Source of the DNA: Iphione sp. A-MEVVRFRX5
Lineage: Eukaryota
Assembly: GCA_976226885.1 (NCBI GenBank)
Contig: OZ320313.1
Span: 28,830,001-28,894,000, forward strand
Reading direction: 5' to 3'
Length of the DNA stretch: 64,000 bases
The stretch's first letter is position 1; each line of letters starts with the position of its first letter. Of this stretch, positions 13,301 through 26,800 are shown one piece after another. The notes beneath the pieces are model-generated. The model was not told where the DNA came from. It made no database searches and saw only the letters and a program-made list of their open reading frames with translations. The position numbers and the translations under genes were made by a program.

Positions 13301-14689
13301 TGATATGAAATCTAATGGTATCCTCTGGTATAAATAATAATGTGTTGCGTAGGCCTTTAATAGGCTTGTCTACATGCTAGGAAGGCTAAGATAATTAATA
13401 TACTTCAAGCTTTCTAGAAGACCTCTGTACGATCCACTATGACGTAAACATTGCGAACGCCCTTTTCTCCTATTCAATGACAAGTTTTGTCCCAGTTTTA
13501 TCTGTACATTGCAAAACCAAAAGACTGTTAATTAACTAACTCTACGTTAACCTCTCTGTAAAACGTTAGTCCTTCTCACTGGGTTGTGTCGGAATGCGAT
13601 GTGTTGTTTATCACGATCTATGATAAGAATTATTTTCAGTTGTCAAGACCCGTTCCTTATTGATGAGTTTCTAAGTGCCTCTATTTTATTCTTTTGGGAT
13701 TAACTGCTGAGGATATTTACTGTCACCTGCCTATACTTGCTGCCTTCCCCTTCCTCTTTGGACCTCGAGAATGAAGCATAATTCCTCAAACGTACCCACG
13801 TGCAAAGTGTTATCCTGTTGATCTAACCTCCAAATGCAGAACTTAGATGGCTCGTATAAGAAGCAGAACACTCATTAATCTTTGAGGAATACTAGGGAAG
13901 CCTTTTTAATGTGAAGTACTGTCTCCTCCAAAGCATTCTGAGGAGGAGATGTCTAAAAGAACAGGGGGAAACCAGTTAATTGTGGTCGGCCACGTTGAGA
14001 AATTTGACAATTTGATTCGATGATTTGGTTAGTCTGATAAAAGAACTGTTAAAACGGTACACATAATGAATGTGTACTAGAGATGCGACCATTCCAGGCC
14101 ACTATGCCTTCTTAAACTAAGTTGATTGATCGTTTAAGATAAATTTTCATTAGATTAGTATAGCGTTTTGGACTAATAATATATTTACAGTTGTTTTGAA
14201 TGTCAAGAAGGGGAAATTTCTGACAATTACTACTATCTGCGTTGTAGCATTTTCTTATGAAGAGGGAGGGGTTCTACTCATAAATAATTTAGAGAAAAAC
14301 AGTTTGTCATATGTAAGATCTAAATAGCAGGTAGGGGAAAATAAGCTTAAAGTTCAACCGGTGAAACCTGATTTCTTAAAATATATTTACACGTATATAT
14401 ATAGTGTGTAACATCAACTCAAGTCTATTCATGTACATGTATTTGTGAATATCTCATTAGGGACATTGCAAATGTTTAAAGATATACATGTATATATATG
14501 TACACATAACAATGTGAAAGGTAGAGTCAGTTGGCTATATCCATAGCACTTGGAGTGGGTTGGTTCCAACAGCAGAGACACGAAACCCAAACGGGGCTTT
14601 TACGTATAATCCTCAACTCCTGGACAACATCCAAATTCGGGCCCTGTCAGTTTTTGCCCTAAGGAAAAAAAGTTGAGTACATACTCAAT

Positions 14690-15360
14690 TTCTTTCCATT
14701 TCTCCCTCCATCTCTATAAATTTCTCTCTCTTTCCTTACCTCCTGTTTGTCTTCTTCTTCTTTGGGTCTCTGTTGCACTTGGCCAACCAAAGGTGCCCCC
14801 TGTTCGCAGGAACTGATACCCCTACCTGTGTGTCTCTTCCCCTACCACTTTACTTCCTTATTCTCTCCTTTCTCTTCTCACTCCTCTCCTGACGTACCCT
14901 CTGTCCTTTACCCTGCTCTACTTTCTCTACATCTTGTCTCTTTTCCCCATGTGTCTGTTTGCCTCCTACTCCTTTCCTCATTTCATTCCTCTTTCTTCTC
15001 TCTCTTACTTTCTCTTATTCATGAACTCAAACCCAACTTCACTTGGTCTTTCTCCACTATATTTCTCTCGCCGTTTCTGTTCTCTCACCTTTTCTCCTTT
15101 CTGTCAGTTTCTCTCCCTTAGAAATGCTCTTGCCATGTACTTTTATTTTGCTTTTCTGTTTCTCCTTCCACTATCACTTCCCCCTTTGTCATTGTCTCTC
15201 CCAATTGGTGTCCTGTTGTTAGTATCCTTTCTGCCTCTGATTTTATTCATTTGTCTCTCTCTCTCTTCCTAGGCTCTTGAAGACTTTTTTCTGTTCTACT
15301 CTTTCTCTTTCGCTCACCTGTTTCTCCCTCTAGTATAATCATTTTTCCCATCCCTTTGTC
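14690..15360. repeat. Pyrimidine-rich (CT) low-complexity tract
   Basis: About 670 nt of nearly C/T-only sequence; source of spurious S/L/F/P ORFs. Confidence 0.85.
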
Positions 15361-15759
15361 TTTCGCACTGATTATCATCGGTTGTTGCACTGGTTGAGAC
15401 CAACCTCACTGTGCCACAGTTTCGCAGCGCACGCGCATGCATCAACAAACCAAAAATAATGTAGGGCCTACTGTATATCTGAAGTAACCACATAATTTGA
15501 GTACAGTTTCGTTGTATATCGTAAATGTATAACTATGTACATAAACATATATATAATGCTCTGAAATCACCAGCAAATCATAAACCGCCACCCCAATCAA
15601 ATGTATTGCCCATGTCAAAGTATACATGTATACCCGTGTACAGAGTCACAACCACAGAAAATGGGAAGATAATCGAAACGTCAACCAGACAAGCGACTAG
15701 GAATAGATCTACCATGGTGACTATAAGAGAGCCACTCTTCCTTTTGAAAACCATTCGTA

Positions 15760-15925
15760 GATGAGGAGTAGAAAAAGGGCGAGGCAGAGGAGGAAGAGCA
15801 TGCAGAAGAGGAGGACGAGTAATGACAGGGAGAATAAAAGGAGGCAAAAAAGAAGGACGAGGAAGAGGAGTAGTGGTAGGAGGAGGAAGAAGAGACGGAG
15901 GAGCATGAGCATGAAAGAGAGACTA
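15760..15925. repeat. (AGG/GAA)-rich purine tract
   Basis: Degenerate GAG/AGG repeats; spurious R/K-rich and S-rich ORFs. Confidence 0.8.
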
Positions 15926-17191
15926 CCACAACTACAGATTTGTACAATCACTATCATCTCTACTATCAGAGGCCTGGTGGGGTCACAGACCGTCTCACTC
16001 ATAGATCAAAGCTACTAACCCTGACTCCCGGTGTTGGAGGAGAGGCCATTTTCAAAATCTGCGTCATTTGTGTTTGCACCGGACCCTGACCGACAAGAGG
16101 GATGTCGTAGCTCCCTGCTTTGCAATAATCAGTAGGTCTCCTCAATATGGCTGATAATAAGTTTCCTTCCCAGCACACGTGGGGCTATTTCTGGCCCACC
16201 TAAGAGAAGCACTGCAAGGCGCCGTTTCCATAGAGCCGAGCTCTGTAGTTTATTCTCTCGTCTGCCAAAGTTAAACTAAAGCAGTGTTACTTTTGATAGT
16301 TTGTATACCGAACACGAGGTTATCGGTGGTAAGGCGTAATGTAATCAAGAAAAAACATTTTTTTTCAAAAGGTAGTCATTTCATGCATAAGGAATGTTAT
16401 CACAATACAAATTGTTATATCGAGGTAAAACCATAGCATGTAATGAATCTTTTTATTAAGTAGTAGTGAATTAGTAAATGGCATGCTTAATAGATTGGAA
16501 CTATTTTTTGTTTGTAAAGAAGTTGTTTGGATTCAGATTCCAGTTGGCGATACCTTCCAAGCCGTTAGAATTAAAAAAAAAAACGTTCGCTATAATCGAT
16601 CTGCGCTGCATGCAACGGCAGCAACAATCACCACAACTGCCTTATTCACTGCGCCATATTAAGCGTGAAGACCCAGCTGCCCTATACCATGGCTCTAGTC
16701 CACGTGCCAAGCTGCTTCACCTTGCCGCCACTCTCTCTCTCTCTCTTCTTCGCAGACCTCAGGTGAGTAGCTGTGGTTAGAGTCACAGTTGTCTCACAGA
16801 GCAGCAGTGTCGCTTCTTTTGTTGACACTGACGTTGAAAACAAGAGGTTCAGACTTGCTGCACAAAGACCATACCGTTTGGCTGCAGCGAGAGAAAACAC
16901 GGGATTATTGTTTAAAACCTGACTTGAGAGCGTTGAGTCATCTTGTTTGGTGTACGTGACAGATTGGTTCCAGGACGTCTTTCCAAGAGCTATTCGTCTA
17001 GACCATATATCCCGGTTGCTGACATTAATGTGTTATTGAGGACCATCCCTTGTTCCCTACTTCGGTCACGGAAGGGCGGCAACTGACCGGATTTCGGGCG
17101 GCCGCGGGCGGCATCTGGCATTGTGTACGCCCCAGGTTCCGAGTAGAGATTAGCGCAACTCACTGGGTGTCGCGCGAGACGCCACGTGCCT

Positions 17192-17239
17192 GCCGCCGCC
17201 GCCACTGCCACTGCCGCCGCCGCCGCCGCCGCCGCCGCC
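17192..17239 (+). repeat. (GCC)n trinucleotide repeat, including a pure (GCC)9 at 17213-17239
   Basis: Read directly from the sequence. Confidence 0.95.
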
Positions 17240-17734
17240 TCAGCCACCGCTGGCAACAAGAAACGCCTGGCGCTGTTGCAGCTGCCATCGCCACCGCCGC
17301 TGCCACCGCTGCCGAACATTGCTGGCACCGCCCGCCCACCTATCGCCCACTTCCCATCTCCCCCACCCGACCCGACCGCCAAGCTAAAGGCTGAGATCGT
17401 GCAGTGCGCGTCCCTTGCACGTCAGACAGAGCGCAGCAGACAGTCCACCTGCATACACGCGCGCGCCCGTACGAGCCGCGAGCGTACGATCAGGCCCGCC
17501 CCGGACACACCGTTAGATTACTCCAACACGGCGAGTTCGGTGAGCCAGCCAACGACAATTATCGTCGCTATCCCCCGGCAGCAGCCGATCCGTCCCCTAC
17601 CACCAGGAGTGCTCACTGTCAGCGATTAAGGCCGCACCAACCACTCACTGTCGGCAACATTCAGATGCGTACGTCTCAATGTGCGCCCAGTCGCCGTCCA
17701 GCTCCGGCGACGGCTTAGTAGTCTAGCAACAACA

Positions 17735-17837
17735 ATGGATACTGCTGCCCAGGTGAGCTCGGCGCCCGGAGGCGCCCACCTGGCCAGCCTCCTGCCTGCT
17801 CTCCTTTGGATAACCTTGCTCCAGGTCAACACAGCAG
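17735..17837 (+). CDS. Exon 1: signal peptide MDTAAQVSSAPGGAHLASLLPALLWITLLQVNTA
   Basis: ACAATGG Kozak context. First in-frame ATG after the in-frame TAA at 17627. Hydrophobic core LASLLPALLWITLL with an N-T-A cleavage region. Donor CAG|GTAAGT, phase 1. Confidence 0.78.
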
Positions 17838-20800
17838 GTAAGTACTGTTGAAAATGATATAAGGTTATGGTGAGGTGTTTTTCACGACTGAATGGGTTGG
17901 TTTCCTCCATGGAGCGCTACCACCTACCTCTGGAAGAGCCTGTAGCTAGCGACCGGTCTCGTCGAATGATGGTTGATAGCGGTAACACATGCATCGTGTC
18001 ATGGCCAGCGGGACTTGACTTCATTATCAACGGGCACACCTGGCGCCTGCCTTTGTAACCCATGCAGGAGAAGGGTGCACCTTGATGCTTGCCAAAATGG
18101 GCGTTCGTAACGGGTGACTTTTACGATAGGGAGAGCTGAGACCCCGGCCCTCCCTCTCTCCTTATGCCATCCCTGCCCACCGCGAGACCGACCCGCATTC
18201 AAGGCTGCATGGTGTGCCGTCAACGCCCCGGGATTAATATGGAGGGAGGTTAAAGGAAGGCGTGGCTAACGGATGAATTAATTCTTCTCTGAGATAATTG
18301 ACAATCGAAGCGTTCGTCGCTTCAGACGGAGTAAAAAGACTTCCATTTAACAGGGTTGCTTTGACCCAAATCCCTTGTCTCAGCAGCCGATCGAGCGACG
18401 TACGAGCGTGCGAATGTGCGACAGAGGCACAGAGTGATAGCGGCCCCCCATTGTATTTTGTATTGACGAACGGAATAAGTCTCATCCAGCCCATCCTCAT
18501 CATTTTCTGTCTGAATCCTAAGCCGGGTTCCACTGTTTCATCGCAAAGTGGTCGAGTCTCTATCCAACCAAGGCAGGGGGGCTCGCACCAAACATCCGAC
18601 GGTCGCCCTCCCACAAACAAGAGAGGGCTGGGCGGCCTAAATATTCGGCAGTCGGCAGAATGTCGGGGCCCCGATGTTTAGAAATCGTGGTTTGAATGTC
18701 GGGAGACGCGCAGACGTCGCGTGGTTGTGTTTACACTGGACGTGCGTCGCGTGCGCGGAATAAAACGCGCGCGAGTTGAAGGCCAGTGCTGGGCGCGGCG
18801 GAGGCGGCGGCGGTGATGACCACAAATACTTGTCTTACTAATACAGACGCCTCCCCGCAAGAAAGGATTACAAGACCATTATCCGGCACAAATCTCCGTT
18901 TTATCCTTATGTATGAGCCGGGACCTCCCCTCCCCCTTTTTTTTCCTTCTTTGGTCCGACCTAGGCCTCGCTTAAAAGGCAGCCGGTTTGAACCATCTGC
19001 CTGGATGACATTTAGAATCGACCCAGAGTCAATCATCTAATCCTGCTCGGCAATACAGCCATTGACACAGGGATTTAAAGTTAATTAGGCAATGATCGAT
19101 TCCTAATGGCCAGGATGGGATGCGTGTGATGTTTGCTTTCAAATAAAACATGAGATGGCTGCTCTTACAAAAACGTACAGAATATCGGGACCGGTGGGTA
19201 TCCAGAGTTATGTGTAGCTGCCAACCTTATTCTACTTAAATTGAGGAGTCAATCTTAACTGGATATACGCTGAGGTTTTATCCAGGCGAATTGTACAAAT
19301 ACATGAACGTGTTTGCTTGCTGTTGAGCATAGTTTTCCATGGCGACTGTCTATACCTGACTTGGCAATACATCAACCATGTTCGCTCCCGAGGGTAACGC
19401 AGGCTTGAGAGTCTGTTTCGCTGGTTGAGATATCTTTACAGTAACACTGGCAGCACAGGGGTGGGCAGCGCCAGATTCACATGGTTGCATAGACAGGAAA
19501 TAATTGCCATCTTGTTCAGCTAATTGTTGGCCCATTAGGCCAATTATCAAACAGATTGGGTCACGGTGTAAGGACATGTGTTGACGCCACCGCTTAACAG
19601 AAACAGGTAGTGCTACTCCGACAGGGGTCGGGACCATCGCTGGCATAATAATGAGATCGAGACAAAAGATCCCTCGCCACTCGGAACACCAACACTCACC
19701 ATGCTGTCGACGCCTTTAAGACCGACGCAAATCTAACCACTTATGAGCTAGAGTTGTCCTGGTAGCAGGAAAGCTCCCTCGCTGGAGATGCGCAACTAAG
19801 ATGGCCCAAATCTCATGATCAGCGGAGGTTAGTCGATCTGGGTCGGGTCAGAGGGCGGTGGATATCTCACGATTTTAGGACACAACAGATGACTCTGCAT
19901 CACTGACTTTAACGTATCGAGTTTAAGTTATAAACTGCCCACCACTTTGAATTGTGTGACAGCTAAGATCTCTAGCAGGACTCAGGTCCGTGGCCGAGTC
20001 GTGGTGACTCATCAGCAAATCTCAAACGGTGGCATTCTACTCTAAATCTCAGTGATGAATGCTTACCTTGCTGGTTATGCAGATTCACGCCACCTTGTTT
20101 CTAGTAAATATCTAATTAGTTTTTCACCAAAGAAACACAGCAAGCAGTCCGACACACTTTGTTTGGCCCAGCATCTGAACATACGAAGCAGCTTTATTTT
20201 GTGGTGCGCATCCCAAGTGATTCATGAATAGGCCTTAAGTCACTGATGACAGGGATAACTCACCTAGGTGGGTCGAAACACTCGGTTCTGTCCCTGTCCT
20301 ACGAGATAGATAATAACTTTAGATCTCATAACTTGGGACATGAAGACGCATTACCTTTGCGGTCCGATGTTTTTGTCTTTTGATTATAGCGAAGAAGAAA
20401 TTGGGATGGTGAGAAAGACTAACACAGAGTATACAGTATTTAAATAGCCCAAAACAGGAATATGGTTTCATTTAAATACTATAAGGAGAATCATGGCCTT
20501 CACAAATTACTTATGCATAATACAATTACAATGTACATGATGCAAGATAAACATGTTTGCAGCGAGGTGATGTCGCTAAGAAACGATATTACATGTGAAG
20601 TTGAAATGAATGCGTGTACGGCCTACGTAATCAATTAACCTTTCATTGTGAGGCCACCAATACATTAATTCGGATAGTGCTGCCTTACGACACTTGTTCA
20701 ACGCAAATACATTAAAGAGTTTGAAGGACTCTAATTTGAGGTTGTTCTGGCGGCGCCGATGTAAACAAGTGATCATTGTTGGGGCATCAGTACATGTGTA

Positions 20801-23800
20801 TTAAGCTGGGATGGTGCTATGTACCTCACAACTATTCTCACAATCAACTCCATACGTGTGACGAGAGAATTTACCCGAAATTCCCACATTTCTATTTCAT
20901 CAGTCTGTTTCTCTTTAGGCCTAAAAAATAGGTGTGTTTCTGGTAACGACCAGACCAAAACCTAGATATGGAGGAGGGTAATTTTTTTCATTTTTCCACT
21001 TTTCCCTCTGGTTTTCAATAATAGTTAAGACAATATGAAGAATTTTGATCAGTTTGCAGTTTTTTGCTGAATTTCCATGGATGTTGTTGTTCTTCTACTG
21101 AATTTACCAAAAACATGTGCTGTGAAAACTTGTACATAAGAAAATTCAGCCTTAAAACTCTTTAGGGCCAAAAATATTTTAGGTAGGGTGAGGTTTTACT
21201 AGGTAGCTGTAGGTTACCAGAAAGACAACTTTTTTTCGTTTTGGCCTTAGTTAGCTTGTCTGCTCTGCATGTTCGTGCTATGTAACAAATTAAGGCTTAA
21301 CTGCAATATTAGGATGTACCATCAACATTTGAAATGACGGACATTTTTTATATTCTGCTGAATCTAGTTAAATCCCTACCCTACAGTTAACAGCATTTGT
21401 GTAGTATATACGTACAATATTGTGTGGTTCACCCATAGGAATAAATTAAACGTACATAGTTTCGATTTTAATCAGTTATAGTCAAAACCTATACATCAAT
21501 TAATCTACTGAGCGATAAAGTTTTTAGAGTCTGGAACCTGAAGTGGATAAAACGGCATACATCTGCCGGTCTGAGTGATCTCATTGGCTCTGTGATGTTA
21601 CTTCTTGTGATGTCACTTACACTGGTAGTGTATTCCTGACAGTAGGCCACGTGCCTGTCTATGAGAAGGCCACAGATGGTTTTGCCAATGTAAAAATGCC
21701 ATGTACTAACCTGAGGAAACAACAAAATATCCAATCTACACACTCTAAATTTCCCGAACATGACACTCGGTCTCGGTCCCCATGTAGATCTGAATGCATT
21801 CGATCAGTCACGACAATTCGAAGTATACATATAGGTATATACATTGTATTCTGACCACTTCACTCAGTCGTAGCATTCACCATGTGCTTCACCATTACGC
21901 TAAATCCTATGTAAGGTTGAGAGCACTGTTTTCTAGGCCGAATTATAAACTGAAATACATGTACATGTATTGCCATTACCAGTTGAAGATGACTTCAAAC
22001 TGTGTCAAACGTTAAGCAGAAAGCTTTAATTAACTTGAAATTATGACAATTCTATCGTGGTATGACCTTAGTAAAGGTAATAGTCAAAATTATGTTGACA
22101 TTAATGGAACGCTCATATTGTCGATGCAATTGGTTTTATACTGAAGTGAAGTAGAATAGTTTAGGTTTGTTGCCCTCTACACTTATGATTTCTTCTATTG
22201 TTTACTTGATAAATTTGTTGAACGTTCATGCTACAATATATATAAATATATGCAATGTACATGTATACACAAGTTAGGAATTCTATATTTTATTTCTATT
22301 TTCCCCATTTGATGACACACACCAAGTTCACGATAATTTCACGTACCCCAACCAAAATATCAGAACATTGAGAAGATACGATCAGCGTATAGAATGCAAG
22401 CACATATGCATTATCATCATCTAAATTATTGGCCGCGTCAGCGGGGAGAAAGAGATGTGGAACGGGGATAGCCGGTCTGCTATCATGCCTTACATGATAA
22501 AGCCACAAAGCCGGATATCAGATAGGATGGTAGTGGGGACCAAACTCAATAAAGGAAAAACCACCTCCTCCAGCAAGCACACACGTCGCACGGAGGGATG
22601 ATTGTGAACGAGGCCCAGCTATCTGGCGGCATAGATTGCTAAGACTGGAGCCCGTTTACCGGATTATGTTGATCCCTTTTATATCTGCTTCCCATGGAAC
22701 GCCCTCCCGCATCCCGCCGGAGGCCCCTATATCCCACGACCACAATAATCCACACCACTCCCCAGGTAGAGAGCGCCGATGTTGTAGCACCGACCGGCGG
22801 CTAAAACGCAACGCCATTTATCAGGAACACCTGGCACTTCAGAGGCGACATCCCGTGACTCGAGATCAAAGATCGTAAAAGCAAACAAAGCCATGCACAA
22901 CATTGTTGTGATCCAGAGGGCACTAGGTTCCGGGCAGCCTTCGATTACTGCTTTGATAAAAACGTTATAGCGGACATCGAGCGAACCAGATATCCTTCCG
23001 TGTCCGTGTCCGTGTTATAGATATTGAATTATTAAGCGGCATGGGTATGAGTGGTTTATTCAACGTTTCTTTATCGGCCAAAAGAGAGAGGATCAACGTA
23101 GCTGGCAGGGGTTAGAGGTAGTAACATGTTGTATGATGTGACAAGGGGATCGATGCCTCATCTTAATGGCCACATTGTAATAAGAGTTATAAATAGAATT
23201 ACAATTAGACAGAATTATCCTAATTTGAACAAACTAATGTGCCAAAAATAGAGACGTTCGTTAAAATGTCCCCTGGCTTTGCTGTAACGTAGCTCCATGA
23301 TGACAGGCTGGATCACAAGTAACGATCGCCGCCCAGCGTACCTCATATTGCCCCTAGCAATCTTATTGTCATGTTCTGTGCCAATATGTATGTATTTATG
23401 TGCGTACATCATAGTGTGCAAGCGTTAATTGCTCTAATCAATCAATGCGAAAGACGCTACGCCTCGCGTCTTGATATATTTTTTTTTGGGGGGGGAGGAG
23501 AGTTGGAGACTGTCTGTTTTTCACCTCGTGACACATCTTCTGGGAATCAAAACAATGCCTTTAATGAGCAGACCAGATCAGGCTCAGGTTACCAGGGCGA
23601 CCCTGACGTCTCGGTTGCCGTATTCAACGGGAGGCTCTTGACTATGTCCTCTCCTCGGCTTTTATTGAAAATCCTGCAGTCGGCCGTGCAATGACAGACG
23701 CGCCAGATAAAGTTATGTAACCCCCCAAGCACGCTGAGTCACGCGTGGTAATCACACACTTGTGTTGCATGATGCCCCACCGTTGCCGCGTGCATGTCTG

Positions 23801-26800
23801 TGCATCGTTCCTGGGCGTTTTCCCATGCTGCACCCCTCGAGTGAAGACTTCCATCTTGGGCACAGTCAGTGTCCCTTGATCTGATCTTGGTCGGGCTCTA
23901 CCCCCTGATGGCCCACCGCCTGCTGACCGTCGTCCACTGCCTATTTCCACCGAATGGCAATTCCCATCAGGAGTGGTCTCTGGTATTAGATTGTCTGTAT
24001 TGGACATGTGCCTGTCATACATAACCAGGCTGGCAAGTCAAGGGGTTGGGGAGCGGGTAGTCGTTGGATTTCTTGAGCAAGACGCGCGTGGGGGTTGAAT
24101 GGGGGGAGGTGGATGGATATCGCACTTGAGACAGGGTTGGAGGGATGGCCATATACAACCTACACAGGTCGTAGGTGATGGCTGCGGGGGAGGGCAGGAG
24201 GCTGTGGTGGCCTTGGGGATAGTGGCGGTGGACTTGAGGCTTGCCAGAGTGCTAAATGATCAATTCCTATCCAGTCAGGCAGGACGGTCATTTACAATAA
24301 GTCTGCCCGGGCTGTGATTGATGACGGCCACCAGGCGGGTTGCTGACCACTGCCTCCGTGGGAGATCGATAGGGAGGAGGGGCTGGCCCAGCTTGAAGGG
24401 GAGAGAGGAGGAGAGGCGTCCCGGGGCTGAAGGAGTTCTCTCTGGTAACAAAGTGATCGGCTGTAATTGACCGTCCCGCTCAGTCCGCATCCAATCAGCT
24501 CACCCTGGCAACCACCATCACCTCCACCAGACACACTTCACGCCAAATCTCGCCTGGTCAGCGTGACGCTCGTGACGTCACGCTGGCGTGCAGGAAGCGG
24601 CTATATCCTCCCCCTCACACGTGCCGCGGGCGACGCGCAATGCCTCGTCCTCTGCAGGCTCCGAAGTGCCACCCCGCAGACACCTCAACTAATAATTCCA
24701 TGGATTACACTGTGTCGGAGGTAGACAAAAAAAATAGTCCAATTCTCACCCGCGGTGCAGTTTTCAACCACGTGGGCGCGCCGTGCGTTTCGCTCGGCTT
24801 TCATGCGCCTCTCGTATCTAGGCCATGCAATGGATGCGTCCTTATTGTGGTTCCAGCAGCCCTGAGGGCATTGCTGATGAAAGCTACCTTTTTCTATCAT
24901 GCTTTATTATTACTGTGTTCACTGTTTCATGTGGTCTCCTCTTTGAATGGTAGTTTTGGTTTTGTTGTCGCGGAAACAGTCCTACACAACTATATAACGT
25001 TACGGATAAGGCTTTCTAAAAAAAAAGGGGGAAATGAGGTATATACTTGTTAGACTGGGCGACTTGCAGAAAAGCTGCAAGTGACACAAAAGCAGACAAA
25101 TGTCCTGTGCCTAAAAGCCCACGGCGGCGGTTGTGAATGGTGAACGATTGGAAACTACCGGCGTGGCCATTGGTGCAAAAAATCTGTCGATGCCAGTGTC
25201 CATTTGAGAAGAGCCATTGATGGCATAATGCGAGGTCGGTGACTGCACCGCCACTTCCTTGCCAGCACTCCCCCTTTTACTCCATTCTCGGCATTGATCC
25301 CACCAAAAGACTGGAGCCCCTCGACTTTTATTCTACCTGGAAGTAACTAATGGAAAAGCTTTTCTGCGGGACTTGTATTTCATCTTCCTATACAGCGATA
25401 ATCGCCTAACTCGCTTGTTAAGTGTCCCCCTCAATATTAAAAAGATTACACGGGCCGATGGGTCAGATAAGATACTATTGTCTTCGTGGTTCATTTAGTA
25501 CCTTATTACTTAAATGTGTGTGTATATGACTGCAGTCGGTGTCCCATAATAACGTACATAACGTAGCTTCGCTAGTTTCTGAACCACTACCAAAATACTC
25601 ATTGAACAGGCACAGGACAGTGGAGCTAAAAGTACAGATTTAGTTTAAATAATTCTGGAACTGACGGGATTGCGGTGGATTCTAAGAAATGTTTACCAAT
25701 ATTAGGTCAGACTTATCCAATTCCCACCAGACTGCTCTAAATATCCAGTAATTTTCGTCAAACCTAGATTACAATGTAGACATATGTACCTACATATTAT
25801 AATGAAAATGAAATGAAAAAATATTTTAATTCCAGCAATAACCCCATTTGTGTAAACAGAAAAATATGTTTTAAAAAAAAAATTCCTGGTACCTATAACC
25901 AGGAACTAAATATTCAGTTAGCATTTTAGCTGTTCTTCTATATCCCCCTGGAGTGTATCCTACCATTTATTATTGAGAATTGACAGACCAGAATGCCCAG
26001 TGTTGTCCCCTACCCCTATTTTGAATACATTTCTGGAGTCTTTTTGTGCACAGGAGACAGAATCCTATATACCAATGGCCTTTGTTACAAGTTGTGGACC
26101 ACTCTAGGTTAGGGTTACAGTAAATCTCTTTGGTCATTATCAAGGGTCCTGGGTACAGGATTGAACCTGTGACCTCAATTAACGGACCAGTGCTAGTCAG
26201 CACTATTACCAACTGAGCTAACTCCACCCCACCCTGTATACTTATAATTTCTCTGAATGTTCACTTTCTGCTGCTGTTATTTACAGATATACAAGATTCC
26301 AGCCCCATTTTAGAAAGATGTTTCAATGACACTTTCATAAATGGCTGCTTACTGGCGAGTATATTGTACGATCAGACTGCATATACCAACGATGCGAACA
26401 ATGCACGTGTGCATGTACACGGGGAGACAGCAAATACGGATCTATGGAAGAGAGAGAAATTCGTAACAAACAAGGTAATAAGTAAGTCTGGTGCTCAAGT
26501 AGACCCATCAATCTGGACATGAAAGGCTCTTCAAACAATTATCTTTATCGTCCAAAGGTCTTACCCGGTTCGTTTGAGATCTTTAAGGGTCATTCTTCGT
26601 CATTATAGACGAGTCTTTGAAAGAACCTATTGCTATTCTTACATCATAAAGCACTTAAACTAAGAGTGATTAGGCGGAGGAAAGAGAGAGATATGGCCAT
26701 TGTTGAAACGCCTCAAGAAGAGACCGAGAGATAGGAGAGAGTGTTATACCGCAAGAGAGAGGTGCAGCCACTTAATGGTCCAAGACGGCACCTATTTAGC

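Larger units (their letters stand above)
17060..17837 (+). promoter_or_regulatory. CpG-island-like promoter/5' UTR of the Ig-NRR receptor gene
   Basis: Sharp rise in GC and CpG density directly upstream of the signal-peptide exon. GC-box-like GGGCGG at ~17074 and ~17096. The TSS cannot be placed from sequence. Confidence 0.6.

Noticed and set aside
14747-16018. ORFs of 80-124 aa rich in S/L/F or R/K
   Set aside because: Translations of CT- and GA-rich low-complexity tracts.
26150-26229. Functional tRNA gene
   Set aside because: A and B boxes are present, but the acceptor and anticodon stems do not pair convincingly and there is no terminator T-run; better explained as a SINE head.
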